Positions 14,430 to 27,815 of a DNA stretch of 64,000 nucleotides are shown here, in pieces. Where the stretch lies: positions 25,482,001 through 25,546,000 of the forward strand of contig OX597821.1 of NCBI GenBank assembly GCA_951406725.2, in the 5' to 3' direction. This stretch comes from Octopus vulgaris (Eukaryota). Position 1 is the first letter of the stretch. Every line of letters begins with the position of its first letter. Position numbers and translations under genes: made by a program. The notes beneath the pieces were generated by a model. That model saw only the letters and a program-made list of their open reading frames with translations. It searched no databases and had not been told where the DNA came from.

Positions 14430-14633
14430 ATAGGTTTTCAATTTTGCCACAAGGGCAGCAATTTTGGGAGAGGGGATGAGTTGATTACATTCAACTGGTA
14501 CTTGTTTTATCAACCCTGAAAGGATGAAAGGCAATGTCAACCTCAGCAGAATTTGAACTCAGAATGTAAAGACGGACAAAATGCCACTAAGCATTTTGCC
14601 CGGTGTGCTAACGATTCTGCTAGCTCACTGCCA
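14430..14633 (-). mobile_element. SINE family B
   Basis: Reverse complement of the family B core (CCCTGAAAGGATGAAAGGCAA...AATTTGAACTCAGAA). Confidence 0.85.
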
Positions 14634-15303
14634 TATTCCTAAAGATAATAATAATAATACTATCATTTAGAGCTATTAGGGACACATTAAAACCAACAGC
14701 TGGTGTGTTAAGTATCACATTCCAAAACGTATTGTTATATACATGGATGCTAATGTAGTAGTGTTTGTGTCAATATCATATGTAGAGACACTGGTGCTGA
14801 CATCATGTTAACCCAACTAGTAATCAAACTATATAAACTAATCTTTTTAAAACCTTATTACTAATTGTAATGACAGAGTGTAAATGTGATGAAATTTGAC
14901 TGTCTAAGGGAGATAAGAAATACAGAGTGCAATCAGAAGCCATAGAACTGTTTGCCCCGCATTTGAACTTGGAAATATTTTTTTGTATTAAGAACTAATG
15001 TTTACCTATAACCTCTACATAATGCTTCACTTATTACCTGCATTAAGGTATTGCAAAGCACAAAACACTTTATCTCAGTTTGGTTCCAAAGTTTAAAAAT
15101 GTACACTTCTAGGTCTTACAAGTCAATTCTTCAAATATAAACCATAAAGTTGAAGCAGTTCTAGCAAAGAACTTAGGTCTCCTCTTCTGATAAAGGAACT
15201 GCAGAAACTTATTTCTAAATGTTACTAATTCCTTACAGCTTAATCGAACAAACAGAAACAAACCACAGCTCCAATATTGAAATCTTCAGAGCATTTCACT
15301 TAC

Positions 15304-15384
15304 AGTAAAAAAACCTGGCATCGGACCTCCTGGCATTCCATCTTGAGGTGGCATTTGACCTAGTGGACTTGGTGCTGCTGCATT
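15304..15384 (-). CDS. SSBP3: SSBP/Ssdp 81-nt exon, NAAAPSPLGQMPPQDGMPGGPMPGFFT
   Basis: catttcttAG|AATGCAGCA...TTTTTTACT|GTAAGT, 27 codons, phase 0. Matches human SSBP3 [30 protein letters not shown] (from memory). Confidence 0.93.
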
Positions 15385-16047
15385 CTAAGAAATGTACAAA
15401 ACAAAAAAACAGAACTATTTTTTAAGAATGTTATCAAAATAAATAAAAAAAAAAAACAATCAGCTGTCAAATAAAATAGAAGCCGTTTGTAAAATAGAAA
15501 TAGCAGCAAAGAAACAAAAATTTAAGTAAAATTAGCAACAAACAATTTAGCTTCAGCAGAGGCAAACAAAAGAAAACAAAAAGAATTAAACATAAAAAAG
15601 AAACCTATTAGAAATACAATAATTTTTATGATAGAGTGAATGTGAGGATGGATGGTGATATGCATATACATATGTTTGGGTGTAAAAGCAACATAAAATG
15701 TACTCAATACATTTAGTAGATACTATTCATTCAAAGCATATGATTCACTTTGTTGCTATACTGTTTATACAAAAGAAACTCAGGGTAGTGACAGAGTAAA
15801 TAAACAACTATAAATTAATTCATACATATATAGACCATAGCCATCACTTGCAAGCAAATACGACCTGATAGCATGTATTATTCTGTTATTGTGTCTATGT
15901 AGTCGACAAGCAGACATCCTCTCCAATATCAGTGACACGAAAAGCATCCAGCTCTAGAAAAGTTTTACGAGAACAAGTTTCATATGATCCATACAAGTAT
16001 GGAAAATTGGACATAGTAAAATAAACCAATATAGTATATACTAAATA

Positions 16048-16878
16048 TATGAGTTGTATGCAAACGATATCCGACTTTATTTTTTCCTGCCTAAACTAAT
16101 GCCATGTGGGCAAAATCCTTTGGGTGAGAGGTGACACCACCCTTCATGCACATGTATGAAGGTTTTCGCACCAATAGGCCAAGTCTGTCTCTGGCTGTTA
16201 TGCCTAGAGTTCAAATGTGTAGCGAAGTGCTTCTTAGATTTTTGTTTTCATGCAAGATGACCCAAATCCATCAAGCAGAGAGAATGCATCCAGTTTTGCC
16301 AAAAGCTTGGTGATACTCAAACTCAATCTATCCAAAAGATTCAGCAGACCCATGCTGATGATACCATGAGCAGCATCACCAAATGATCAAGGAGTGGTAC
16401 AACTGCTAAAGACTGCCGTGTAACAATCCAGGAAATTGCTCGCAAAGTAGGAATAAGTACAGGAGCAGTGCATTCCATTTTAACAGAGGAATTGTGCATG
16501 CAGGGAGTGTCGGCGAAATTCACCCCAAAGGTACTGGCAGGGCAGCAGAAGCAATTCTGCATGGAAATCGCTCAGCACATGCTGGACTGTTAAAACAACA
16601 CTTCAAACTTCAAGAATACCATCATCACTGGTGATGAGACATAGGTTTATGGTCTCTGCTCGATGCATTTGGTCATCTTGTGTAAAGACAAAAATCTGGC
16701 AAGTGTGCACTGCATGTCTGCATTCTAGGCATAACAGCTGGGAACTGATGCAGCTTATTGACATGAAAATTTTCATGCATGCAGAGGTGTCACCTGCCAC
16801 CCAAAGGATTTTATCCATGTGGCATTAATTTTTCCAGTAAAAAAAATCAAGCCGGATTCTTTTTGTATGCATTTTATA
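16048..16878 (+). mobile_element. Internally deleted mariner element with imperfect inverted ends (about 90 bp)
   Basis: Remnant DCRVTIQEIARKVGISTGAVHSILTEELCMQGVSAKFTPK...IITGDET*VYG. Ends AAAATCCTTTGGGTG..GGTGACACC / GGTGTCACC..CACCCAAAGGATTTT. Confidence 0.85.
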
Positions 16879-16926
16879 ATATGTATGTGTGTGTGTGTGT
16901 ATATTAAATATAAGGTACACATATAT

Positions 16927-16976
<50 letters not shown>

Positions 16977-17856
16977 CACGCACATGTGTGCTCAAGCATA
17001 TAAATGTTTTAGATCTTTTCATTTCTTCCTACTTGAGGAGAATGGCGATGCCATTTTTACATTCCCTGTAAATAATACATCCGGTAACAGAGTACTTTTG
17101 ATTTGTAATGATAACTGGAAAACAATATTCTAAAATACCTTAGTGACAGAGAGGACTTCTGGCAGTAAAATTGTAAAACACAGCCTGAATATATTTTCAT
17201 TCAGCCCAAGCAATCTTGGAAAGGCTGACAAAAAAATCTCTAATTGAAAAAAAAGAGGGTAAATGATGAACATTCTTATGTGAATATAACTCCAGCAAAA
17301 TTTTAGTTTAGTCGCGAATAAATGTCAAAAATCTCCTAAATTCTAATTTTAATATATTTTCATTAACACAAGGCTTTTATACAGTCTTTTTCAAAAGTGA
17401 TTTTCAACTCAGTTTGCAAAACCCAATCCCATTCAATGTGCCATCTACTTCCAGTCCCCTGCTTCAAAATTATGCATTCCTCCTTTAAGAGTCAGCATTA
17501 AAATATCGCATGTATACAAGGTAGAGGGCAGAAAAATGCACTTGTCTTTTTAAGAAGTAAAAAAGGAAAGAAAATCTTTTACAAGTAAATAAATTTGAAA
17601 TTTTTAATAATTTTATCTTTGGGCTTGTCTTAAGTGTATGTCCATGAGATTCGTGTAATTAATGATACTTTAAGGTATAATGAGTTTAAACAAATGGGTA
17701 AAGTCCTATTTTGGTGTACATTTTTGTTGGTTATGCTTCTAGCTTATTTTCTTTTTTAGTTGCATACACACACAAACACACACACACATCATAAAATCCT
17801 ATCTTCACACTGAAACTAAAATCAAATGCAAAGGTTAGAAAATATCATAATAATAC

Positions 17857-17997
17857 TGGTTCCAAATTTTGGTGCAAGGCCACAAATTTTAGGGGTGGGA
17901 GTAAGGTGATTGTATCAACCCCAGTGCTCGACTGGTACTTATTTTATCAACCTCAAAAAATGAAAGGCAAAGTTGGCCTCAGCAGAATTTGAACTCA
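17857..17997 (-). mobile_element. SINE family B, partial
   Basis: GGTACTTATTTTATCAACC...TGAAAGGCAAAGTTGGCCTCAGCAGAATTTGAACTC. Confidence 0.75.
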
Positions 17998-19499
17998 ATA
18001 ATTAATATATGTGGTGGAGACTAGCTATGCACAGATTAAATGCATAATGTGCAATGTAAATATACTTATCTGTATGTATTAACATTAAAAAAATGTAAAA
18101 CTATGTAAGAACATCTCTACTCCAGCAAATAATAATTATGCCAAGCATATTTTCATCCAAAATACGTGGCTTTTATGGTCCATTTTAACATAGCTCCCAA
18201 CTTTCTCATTAAATTGCAAAACTCGCTTTCTTTTGGTGACTACTGCCTTGTCTGCATTTTGAAATTATTCACATATTACATGTTGAATGCATGACTAACT
18301 ATTATCATTTTCTCAGTAACATTAAAAAAATCTACAACACTGAACTTTGAATCTATTCATATTGTATACACTGAAATTATACATGCATACATAATTTGAG
18401 TGTGTGTGAGAGAGAGAGAGAGAGTGTGTGTGTGTGTGTGTGCGTGCATGCGCACGCGTGGCTGCATGTGGTTTTCATATTCAAGCTTCATCTTTCTGAA
18501 CATTTTTATCACACACTAAAAATATGACTTAACTAACAAACATTGCACCCTATAAGTTTAAAAGGATGCATGCTCTTCATATTGTTAATTATAAATTATA
18601 TTGTGGCTCTTCCAATTTTAAAACAAAAATAATTGTTAATAATTTGTAGTAAATAGCAATTTACACAAGTAGCTTTTTATTTTTTATTATTAACATTCTT
18701 TCACATATATTATACATCATGTGTTCTGTGAAGGAATTAACAAGATTTTGGACATTCTTCGCTCCCCGGTCATTCTGAGATGATATAATACACACAGTGC
18801 ATACTGCTGTAGCATGGGATGCCCTCACCCCATACATTCAACTAAATCTGAACAATTTGCAACAAGAAGCATCACTGCAGAAGCAGAGAAGAGGAAAGGT
18901 CTAAAGGACTAAAGCAAATGCATTTGAACTTCAATAAAGATGAAATTGATCTGATTCTGCCTGACAGGACAGACAGACCAGAATTGGAGTAATTCTAGGT
19001 AGAGAGGAATTGGCTTGCAACTTAAACTCAAAGGTGACGATGCAGAAAACAAGGGTACGTTTCTCAAGCAAATAAAATTCAGCTTTCAACTAAGGTTCCA
19101 AAGCAAATAGAGAAGACACTCAAGTAGAGTGATTTGGGTTTTCAACAGAATCAAAGACAAGAGATATCTCTATCAAATGCGGCATTGTAGTTTAGAGCAA
19201 ACAGGAAAAATAAGATCAGAAAACTTGCTACTTTTTGCAACAAGCTCACTTTGAGCAAGTCATTTCTGAGTGAACCATAGACCCTTTTCTCTTGAAGTTC
19301 CAGGAAAGTTTTGAACATAGCTTGAACATCCATGTCAACCAGAAACATGTATTATTACTATTACACAAATTCCAAGTATTTAGAGAAGAAATAGGCTTTA
19401 AAATAGATCAACTTCAAGCAAGTGTTACTGACTTCTGTCAACAGTGAACACAGAGCAAAACACTGTCTTGATAAAGTCATTGTCGACAAACAAAAGGTG

Positions 19500-20600
19500 T
19501 AAAATTTTGTGTTTGAAAGCATGTGGAGATACAAAAAAGATCGGTCTCCAACCTCAGAGAGATTGCACATGCTATTGCTGTATATGAAATTGCAGCTATT
19601 TTGCCCCCACAAAAGGAGATCCCTTCAAATGCAAGATTCCTATTTAAATAACTACTGAATGAACTTACTGCTGACCTATCAAGTGATGAGATACTTATAG
19701 AACATAAGTAATTCTCTGATTAGGTAGAAACTTATAGAACATAAGTAATTCTCTGATTAGGTAGAAACTTATAAAATGTATGAGACTGTAACAAGCCATC
19801 AGCTGTACTGCTGTCTGGTAACTTGAAGCAAATTTTTGCCAAGTTGTTTTCCACTGTACAAGACCACAAATTGTTGAAGTAATTGTTGGGATCACGTGGA
19901 AACAATGGAGCTAAAAACCAAGCCATGACTATATGTAATCCTGATGAATGAGAATTTGCAAATTACCTTCCAGAAGTAGGGAAAGGGTAACATTTCTACT
20001 GAGCTAAAATAAGCATATTCAAAATCCTTCTCCTTAATAACCTTTGCCCTGCATATAGTAATCTCCCTGAACTATGCAATTTGAGTTGGTGAATGAATTC
20101 AAGTTGACAAGATTCCCAGATGATAGAAGATGTAAAAAACAAAATAAAAAACTCTTTAAGTCTATTACGAAGATCAATATTTCATTTCATAAAACTATTC
20201 TACTTTTTCCACCACACATTCACGAATGAAAAAAGGAAAATTGCCTCATACTTTTGAGAAGCTTAGATCCTATAAACTGGATACTCTAAAGGTACATTAC
20301 ATGCTATATCATCATCTTACATAAATAATTCTACGATTGAAGCTGAGGTGGCATCAAGGCTCAATGCTGGAACCAAGCAGTTGATTCCAAAAGATACCTC
20401 TTGTGTTCAAGAGATAGAGTTCTTTTTTCATGATTACTTGCGAACAATTTCCTGTCAATCAAGCCTTTACTTGAGATGCAACATGGCACAGAAGCAGACA
20501 ATTGAACAGATTGGAATATACATATCAGCACGATTCTTCTTACATGGTCAAATGTATATTGGAGTTTGGAAGAAAGCAGATGTAAAAGGCTGGGAGAAAT
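19500..20600 (+). mobile_element. Decayed Helitron-type PIF1 helicase region
   Basis: Collinear broken motifs: VLLSGNLKQI (GDFRQ-like), EFANYLPEVGKG, PPHI, IEAEVASRLNAGTKQLIPK, EQFPVNQAF, AQKQTIEQIGIYISARFFLHGQMYIG (QGQT..VGIYL...F.HGQLYV-like). May extend left to about 18700. Confidence 0.75.
19693..19773. repeat. Perfect 37-bp tandem duplication (2.2 copies)
   Basis: ACTTATAGAACATAAGTAATTCTCTGATTAGGTAGAA x2 + ACTTATA. Confidence 0.95.
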
Positions 20601-20839
20601 GAAAAAGATGCATTCACTGACAACTGTTTCTACTATCATAGTCTACATTTCACCCATTTTGAATGGAGTTAACAGTTTCTTTTGTTGTTAGAACAAGAAA
20701 ATACAAATATGAAGGAAAGAAATTCACTTCCCATGGGTCAGTTGGAAGAGTCACTGAATGGCAAAACAAGCATTCAGCAGAAACTGGAAGAAGTATTGCA
20801 TGGAGAGCAGTGTTTCTTTTAGAGGAGGTCCCTCATCCT

Positions 20840-21745
20840 TTGACCACTCAGTTAAGTTTCGACAAGAATCATTAAGCCTTGTGGTTAAAGCCATTCTTAA
20901 GGTGTAGTTACAAACAAATGGTTGTGTTATAAATAACAGCAATGACTGATCAGTATCACAACAACCACTGAGTTGAGCTTTCGCAATCATTATTGATCTG
21001 TCATCAAAACCATCACTGATTCTTTCACAACAATTAGCCATGAGCTGTATCATAACAATCACTCCATTACTGAACTGGGTCAGTATAAATATAAGTGGAC
21101 AACTTCAATACAGTTGACACTACATCTATAAAAGCCTTGTCATTACAGTCAACACTATATAAAAGCTATGCTGATAAAAACCACCAGAGTTGTGTCATTG
21201 AGCTGTTTCATTAAAACCAAAACTGAGCTGCTGTGTCATGCAATCCGAACACAATGTTTCGTTTGGATAAACACAGAGCTGAGCTATTATAACAACCATT
21301 AAGCTGTGTCATTACATCACAATAAATACTCAGATGAGTCATTACAACCACCACTGAGCTCACAGAACAACTAGTCATTAGTCAACACTGAGTTCACACA
21401 ACTACTGAGTTATTACAGTCAACACTGAGTTCACACTACAACTACTTGTATGCTGCACCATTTCAAATCAATGCCGTGCTATGTTATTTTCAATGGTTTT
21501 TCTGATATATTTATGATGACTGAGCTCTGTCAACATCAAAAAAACCCAAAAAACTGTTGACGTGTTTTATTACATGCATTATTGAGCTGTGTCATTCAAG
21601 CAACTGATGGTATGTCATTACAACCAGCTCTGATATGTATCATTAGAAACCAGAGAGTTGTGTCAATGCAGCCACAGCAAATCTACGTCGCTGCAACTAA
21701 TACTGACCTGGCCTGCATCATGACCACCACTACTGAGTTGCGCCC
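20840..21745. repeat. Degenerate minisatellite, unit about 25-27 bp
   Basis: Recurrent ACCACTGAG(C/T)TGTGTCATTACAAC-like units across about 900 bp. Confidence 0.75.
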
Positions 21746-21913
21746 AGTAAATCATTAAATGTTTTGAAGTGATTTCACACTGTATTCATTTCATTCATTC
21801 TTACAAATGTTTAGATGTTATTAAACTAAACTTCTTTTTTTTTTCTTTTTCATAATTCATTAATATCAATCACTTTTTAAAGTTAAGTAAAGGCACATTG
21901 AGCAATGCCATTT

Positions 21914-21956
<43 letters not shown>

Positions 21957-21974
21957 TATGGTTGATGCTGGTGC

Positions 21975-22172
21975 TGCCTGACTGGTCTCCATGCTGGTGG
22001 TACATAAAAAGCACCCACTACACTCACGGAGTGGTTGGAGTTAGGAAGGGAATCCATCTGTAGAAACTTTGCCAGACTGGAACCTGGTGCAGCCTCCTGG
22101 CTAGCCAGTCCTCAGTCAAAATGCCCAACCCATGCCAGCAAGGAAAGTGGACATTAAACAATGATGATGATG
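21975..22172 (+). mobile_element. SINE family C, truncated
   Basis: Family C body and (GAT)n tail. Confidence 0.85.
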
Positions 22173-22384
22173 GATAGATAGATAGATAGATAAACTGAAA
22201 CAAAGTTTGCCCCATGACTTTTGTGATTCTTTAGCGACATGAAACGTTAGATACAAAACAAAGTTTCGGTTTCAATAAAATTACCATATCCTCAACACAT
22301 ATTGAGCATTCCTCTCTCATTTGGCTGGCATAAACCAACATATGTATACACCTACACACACACACAAATATATATATATTTACA

Positions 22385-22790
22385 GATATAGGGTGAAATA
22401 TAATTAATTTAATAAAATCAACAAATTTCACCTAGTAGTATTTCGGTATGGAAACATCGAATATACCTTTATATCTTTCGATGTCGCTTGATCGAAAATA
22501 TAAGAGGTAAGTTTTCCTAGCATTTCTAGATTTATGGGAAATATTATGTTGATAAGGAAATGAACCTTGCGATTTTAATCCAGAAACGTATGTCCATAAT
22601 TAATCCAAAGACTGTGTGATTTCATTGTTTTTCTTCTTTTTTTGCCATATGTGAGTTACAAATATTGTTGTCTGTGGAGACTTATTTTTGTAGTAAAAGG
22701 AAATAGCAGTCTTTTGGCTGCTATTTCTAATATTTTCGGTATGTAGTTTAAGCAACTTGTTGCAAAAAACCCTTATTATTATAAATATAT
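22385..22790 (+). mobile_element. Structured non-coding insertion with a degenerate hammerhead-like motif, between TA-rich tracts
   Basis: ATTATG(22543-48)-TTGATAA-GGA...TCC-A-GAAAC-GTAT-GTC-CATAAT(22595-600). Additional hairpins GGTGAAAT/ATTTCACC, TACCTTTATAT..TTTCGAT/ATCGAAA..ATATAAGAGGTA and GAAATAGCAG/CTGCTATTTC. Confidence 0.55.
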
Positions 22791-24390
22791 ATATATAACA
22801 CAGTAACTAGCAGAAAGGGGTGTGCATATGGTGCATCTGCTAATAATAATGATTTTCTTCATACTTGAGTGGTGGGGGAAATGAACTCCAGAACGTTATG
22901 GGCCCTAGAAGGCTGAAAGGAAGAAGCAGCATTGATGGGGTCCAGAACATAAAGAGTTATACCTAAATATCCCAAGGCATTTTGTCTGACATACTAATGA
23001 TGATGATGGTGGTGATGATTTCATTTATTTGCCACCAGAGCAATGGATGCGGGGGGATTTAATAAATAACAAAATAAACCAGGTTAATTTTATATATTTA
23101 CAGTATCTATAATGGATATATTGTTGTATCATAAAGTTAGTAATATTAAAAAGAGAATTTGGAAAGTCCTGGAGGTTAGATTGAATGGGGAAGGGCACAT
23201 AAGGAGTGGGGGGACAGGCATGTTGAAAGAAAGAAGAAAAACAAAAGCCATCAGTTTATACGAGGTCATGACCTCTCTTCTGAACAAAGGGTTGTAAAAA
23301 TAGCCCATCACCTGGCTGAACTAGAGAGCAGGTCACACTAGTTTTGTAACAGCTGGGTTAAGAAAGGATAGGCAGTGGGGGTATAAAGAATATCAGTATA
23401 TTGTTGTTCTTTCCTACATCACCTGCATACACCACTCTGTCACTTCTTACTAATGCCTGCCTTATATCACTTCTTCCTGTACATGGTACAATGATTTCTA
23501 ACATTTCCACAGGGCCAATGATAAAAAGAAGTCACATGATGTATCTCTCACATATCCAACACAGTCTGTTGTTAAATTTCAATGAGCTAAGATTATCCAA
23601 AAAGTTAGTAATCGAAAACGAGGTACACACTCAAACACACCTAAAAACTCCAATAAAAGCAGTAGATAGAAAATTTAGGACAATATGTAGATTGCAGTGA
23701 ACTTCATGTTTAAAGTGAACTAGGATCTTGTTAAGTTTCCTCCAACTACTTGAAGTATTTCAAATCTTCAGATTATTTTTTTTTAAATGTAGTTTTGCAT
23801 ACTGATGAAAATCTCATTCATATATTTCTAGAAATTAATATCTAAAAGAAGTTACAAAAGTGTAGGAAATTTAAAATACTTCAAGTAGTTAGAAGAACAG
23901 GTGAAAGCAATGGATATGTTTCAGGAATTTTCAGAAGATGAAAGTTTCTAAAACTTATTGCCTTACTGTATTTATTATCAGAATTCTCTCCTGAGGTATT
24001 TTATCTCAGTTATATTATTGCTATATCAAATCTAGTACATGACTAGTGTATACTTTATCAGTTCTGGAAAGATGAGAGACAACATTAACTGAAGGAGACA
24101 AAAACCAGAGACTTATAATATGGCCCAATATTTTTTTTCCGAGGCCCCTGTACCACCGACACATAAAAGACACCCAGTACATTCCTATGGAGTGGTTGTT
24201 GTTAGGAAGGGCATTCAGCTGCAGAAACCAAGCCAAAACAGATAGGAGTCTGGTGTAGCTCTCTGGTTTTATCAGTTCCTTTCAAAATGTCTAACCCATA
24301 CCAGCATGGAAAACAGATGCTAAATGATTATGATGATGAGTAGAGAATGAGATGAAATTACAATCAGGAAAGACAATAGTATTTGTTAGT

Positions 24391-24431
<41 letters not shown>

Positions 24432-24837
24432 TATTATAAAAGCTTTTGAATTCCTGTCTGAGTTAACTTTATCTTTTCGATGGAGATACAGTGAGTCCCA
24501 GTCAAATACTGAAATCAGTCTACCCAGCAATACTCTCTTATCTCCACAAGTTGTAACCTTTGTGAAATTTTTAGTTGATGAGATTCTGCTTTAGTAGATT
24601 CTATCCATCATACAAGAAAGGAAATCAAAGTAAAACCAGCCTGATGTATAAATAGAATACAGAAGTACTAAGTGCTGTAAACAATCTAGTATGACATTTC
24701 ACTGTTCTTGCAGAGGACCACACATATTTAGAAAGAAGAAGAAAAATAGGGTGGGGCAATACTGATTACCTTTTAGAAAGGCCTCATTGGCATAAATCAA
24801 GCAGAAAGTGGGGTTAATTATTAGTTATACCTGGCAC

Positions 24838-25046
24838 TTAACCCTTTTGTGACCATATTTCTGTTGAAATACTGCCTCTATTTCAAATAATGTTGAAATG
24901 ATGAAGTTAGAATAATTTCTTCAATAATAAATTTATGTTTGGAACAAAAATTAATGAGAAATTTTACTGGAAAATTTAAATTTAGATCTCTTTAAAGCAA
25001 AAAAAAAAAAAGCCTATATCAGGCAAGTTGGTGTGGAATAGGTTAA
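24838..25046 (+). mobile_element. Second TTAA-flanked MITE, family E (relatives at 1-209, about 9525-9675, 32895-33109 and 40050-40240)
   Basis: TTAACCCTTTTGTGACCATATTTCTGTTGAAATAC...GGTTAA; reverse-complement match to 33070-33109. Confidence 0.65.
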
Positions 25047-25130
25047 ACAACAACAGTGTTACTACTTATGATTAGTTTACAAAATATTTCTCAAGTAACG
25101 CTGAATGTCAGTGAAGTTTAGACAATATTA

Positions 25131-25361
25131 TCAACTCTTTAGAATTTAAGTCGGCCAAATCTGGCCCAAATATTCATCTTGTTTCATATGTAGACTGGCC
25201 AGAACTGGCCCCTCACACCTAACTATCAATGTCATTCTGAAAAAATAAATGATCATATTATCGAAATCTTGAAGCTATGAGAAAACGCATGTTTAATTTC
25301 AAGACAATGTCAATAAATAAACATTGCCTTTGACCAAGTAATTTGAATAGTAAAGGGTTAA
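25131..25361 (+). mobile_element. MITE family D
   Basis: Same body; ends TAAAGGGTTAA. Confidence 0.75.
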
Positions 25362-25487
25362 AAGGCAAAAGGGGGAGGCGGAGTGGGAGTCAGACAGAAG
25401 ACAGGTGAATTTAGACACGATGGGACATGAGGACAGCTTTGGTAAAATAGGCTTTACAGCTGCTATGTATATGTGCATATATATATA

Positions 25488-25762
25488 GGCCGACCAAAGT
25501 CTTGTGAGTGGATTTGGTAGACGGAAACTGAAAGAAGCCCGTCGTATATATATATATGTATGTGCGTGTATGTTTGTCCCCCTAGCATTGCTTGATAATT
25601 GATGCTGGTGTGTTTATGTCCCCGTCACTTAGCGGTTCGGCAAAAGAGACCGATAGAATAAGTACTGGACTTACAAAGAATAAGTCCTGGGGTCGAGTTG
25701 CTCGATTAAAAGGCGGTGCTCCAGTATGGCCGCAGTCAAAGGACTGAAACTAGTAAAAGAGT
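25488..25762 (+). mobile_element. SINE family A, 5'-truncated
   Basis: Matches the family A body and tail. Confidence 0.9.
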
Positions 25763-25771
25763 ATGTATGTA

Positions 25772-25816
<45 letters not shown>

Positions 25817-26224
25817 CAAAGTAGAACAAGGAACCATGAAACATAGCACATCCCTTTCCACCACCATAATTACTACTACCAGTACCATGGCCACAAATCT
25901 TCCAATAAAGATCTCTGTCTCTCTCTCCCTCTACCATTCCTCTATACATTTCTGTAAATTGGTTTCAAAAGGAGCTGCACCTGCACTAGGACTGCTGGAT
26001 TAAAGTGTAGAAAGAGGGGAAAGGATTAACGTTATTACTATCACTACTACTACAAGAGGTGGTGGTAGTAGTAATGGCAGTAGCAGCAGCAGCAGAGGTG
26101 TTGGTGGTGGTGACTGATGCAGTTGAAATATAAACAGCATCAACAGTAACCCCCACTTCTTTTACAAGGCTATTGTGTACTCCCTAGTTCGCTCCCTTCC
26201 ACCATAATAAAACTGGAATTACAT

Positions 26225-26270
<46 letters not shown>

Positions 26271-26340
26271 GCGCGCATAAGCATGCACCCATCCTCTTCG
26301 TACATACATGTACAGATGTAATCGTATATTTGTGTGTGAG

Positions 26341-26391
<51 letters not shown>

Positions 26392-26909
26392 TTTGACTGT
26401 AGCCATGCTGGAGCACTCCCTTTAAGGTTTTTTTTGGGGTCTTTTGTTGAACTGTTAAGTTACAAGGAAACACACTAACATCACACACATGACAATGAAG
26501 CTCATAGGAGCTTCCTATGCATTAAGTTTAAATTCTGTTGTGGTCAACTTTGATTTCCCTCTTTTCAGAGGCAAGAAAACAAAAGTACCAGCAAGAGAAG
26601 CAGGGGGGAGGGGGGGCAATGGATTCAGCAATATTAGAGTGTTTCATCTCTGTGCATTCCCACTGAAAATTTCACCTCCGTTGACTGGGAAAACAACAGT
26701 CTTTTGGAACCTGGCAAAACAATAGTGATGAGCTTGTGAAGACCAAAAGCAAATGCTCAAGTATTCCATCAGATCACCTTCCATGCCAACACAACAGCTG
26801 AGAGGAAAGGATGCAAGGCACCCTGCGCTCAACAGATGATTGATTACATATATATATATTTTATACATATATACAGAAATAAATATATAATGGAAATAGT
26901 AGTTGTGAT

Positions 26910-27255
26910 ACCTGTGCAGGTGGCAAGTAAAAAGCACCATCCAAACGTGGCCGAAGCACCATCCAAACATAGCCAACGCCAGCGCCGCCTTGACTGGCTT
27001 CTGTGCTGGTGGCACGTAAACAGCACCAACCGATCGTAGCCGCTGCCAGCTACCCCTGGCACCTATGCCAGTGGCACGTAAAGAGCACCCACTACACTCA
27101 CGGAGTGGTTGGCGTTAGGAAGGGCATCCAGCTGTAGAAACACTGCCAGATCAGACTGGAGCCTGGTGCAGCCTCCTGGCTTCCCAGACCCCGGTCAAAC
27201 CGTCCAACCTGTGCTAGCACGGAAAACGGACGTTAAACGATGATGATGATGATGA
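26910..27255 (+). mobile_element. SINE family C with internal tandem GTGCCGGTGGCACGTAAAAAGCACC modules and (GAT)n tail
   Basis: Three modules, then CACTCACGGAGTGGTTGGCGTTAGGAAGGGCATCCAG...GGACGTTAAACGATGATGAT. Confidence 0.88.
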
Positions 27256-27589
27256 TAACATATTTATGTACACACACATACATACACACACTAAAGCATG
27301 GCTGCCAGAAAAAGTAAGCAGTTGATGATGATGGTGCCTGTGTGTGTAAGTGTGTCATCATTATCTATCTTTGCTACAACCCTGCCAGTCTGAAGAGATG
27401 ACTAAAGGGAAGAGCGTCCATCCATAAAATGCTGCCCAAAACAGGACAGCATGAAAAAGCAGATTTATAATGCTGCTGTAGATGGTGTATACACTATATA
27501 TCAATGTTTCATATCTATATCAACACACACACACACAAACATGCGCTTATATGTGTATGCATACATATATTACATGTATGTGTATATAA

Positions 27590-27815
27590 GGCGGCAAGCT
27601 GGCAGAACCGTTAGTGCGATGGGCGAAATGCGTAACCGTATTTTGTCTGCCATTACGTTCTGAGTTCAAATTCTCCTGAGGTCGACTTTGCCTTTCATCC
27701 TTTCAGGGTCGATAAATTAAGTACCAGTTACGCACTGGGGTCGATGTAATCGACTTAATTCGTTTGTCTGTCCTTTGTCCCCTCTATGTTTAGCCCCTTG
27801 TGAGTAATAAAGAAA
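27590..27815 (+). mobile_element. SINE family B (Nin/Deu-like central domain)
   Basis: GAGTTCAAAT B-box-like motif followed by GACTTTGCCTTTCATCCTTTCAGGGTCGATAAATTAAGTACCAG. Confidence 0.85.

Noticed and set aside
20840-21745. CRISPR-like array
   Set aside because: Eukaryotic context, degenerate contiguous units without unique spacers, and no cas genes.
22250-22310. Minus-strand hammerhead-like TTGAGGA...GGT/ACC-GAAAC
   Set aside because: No convincing stem I or stem III; at most a very decayed relic.
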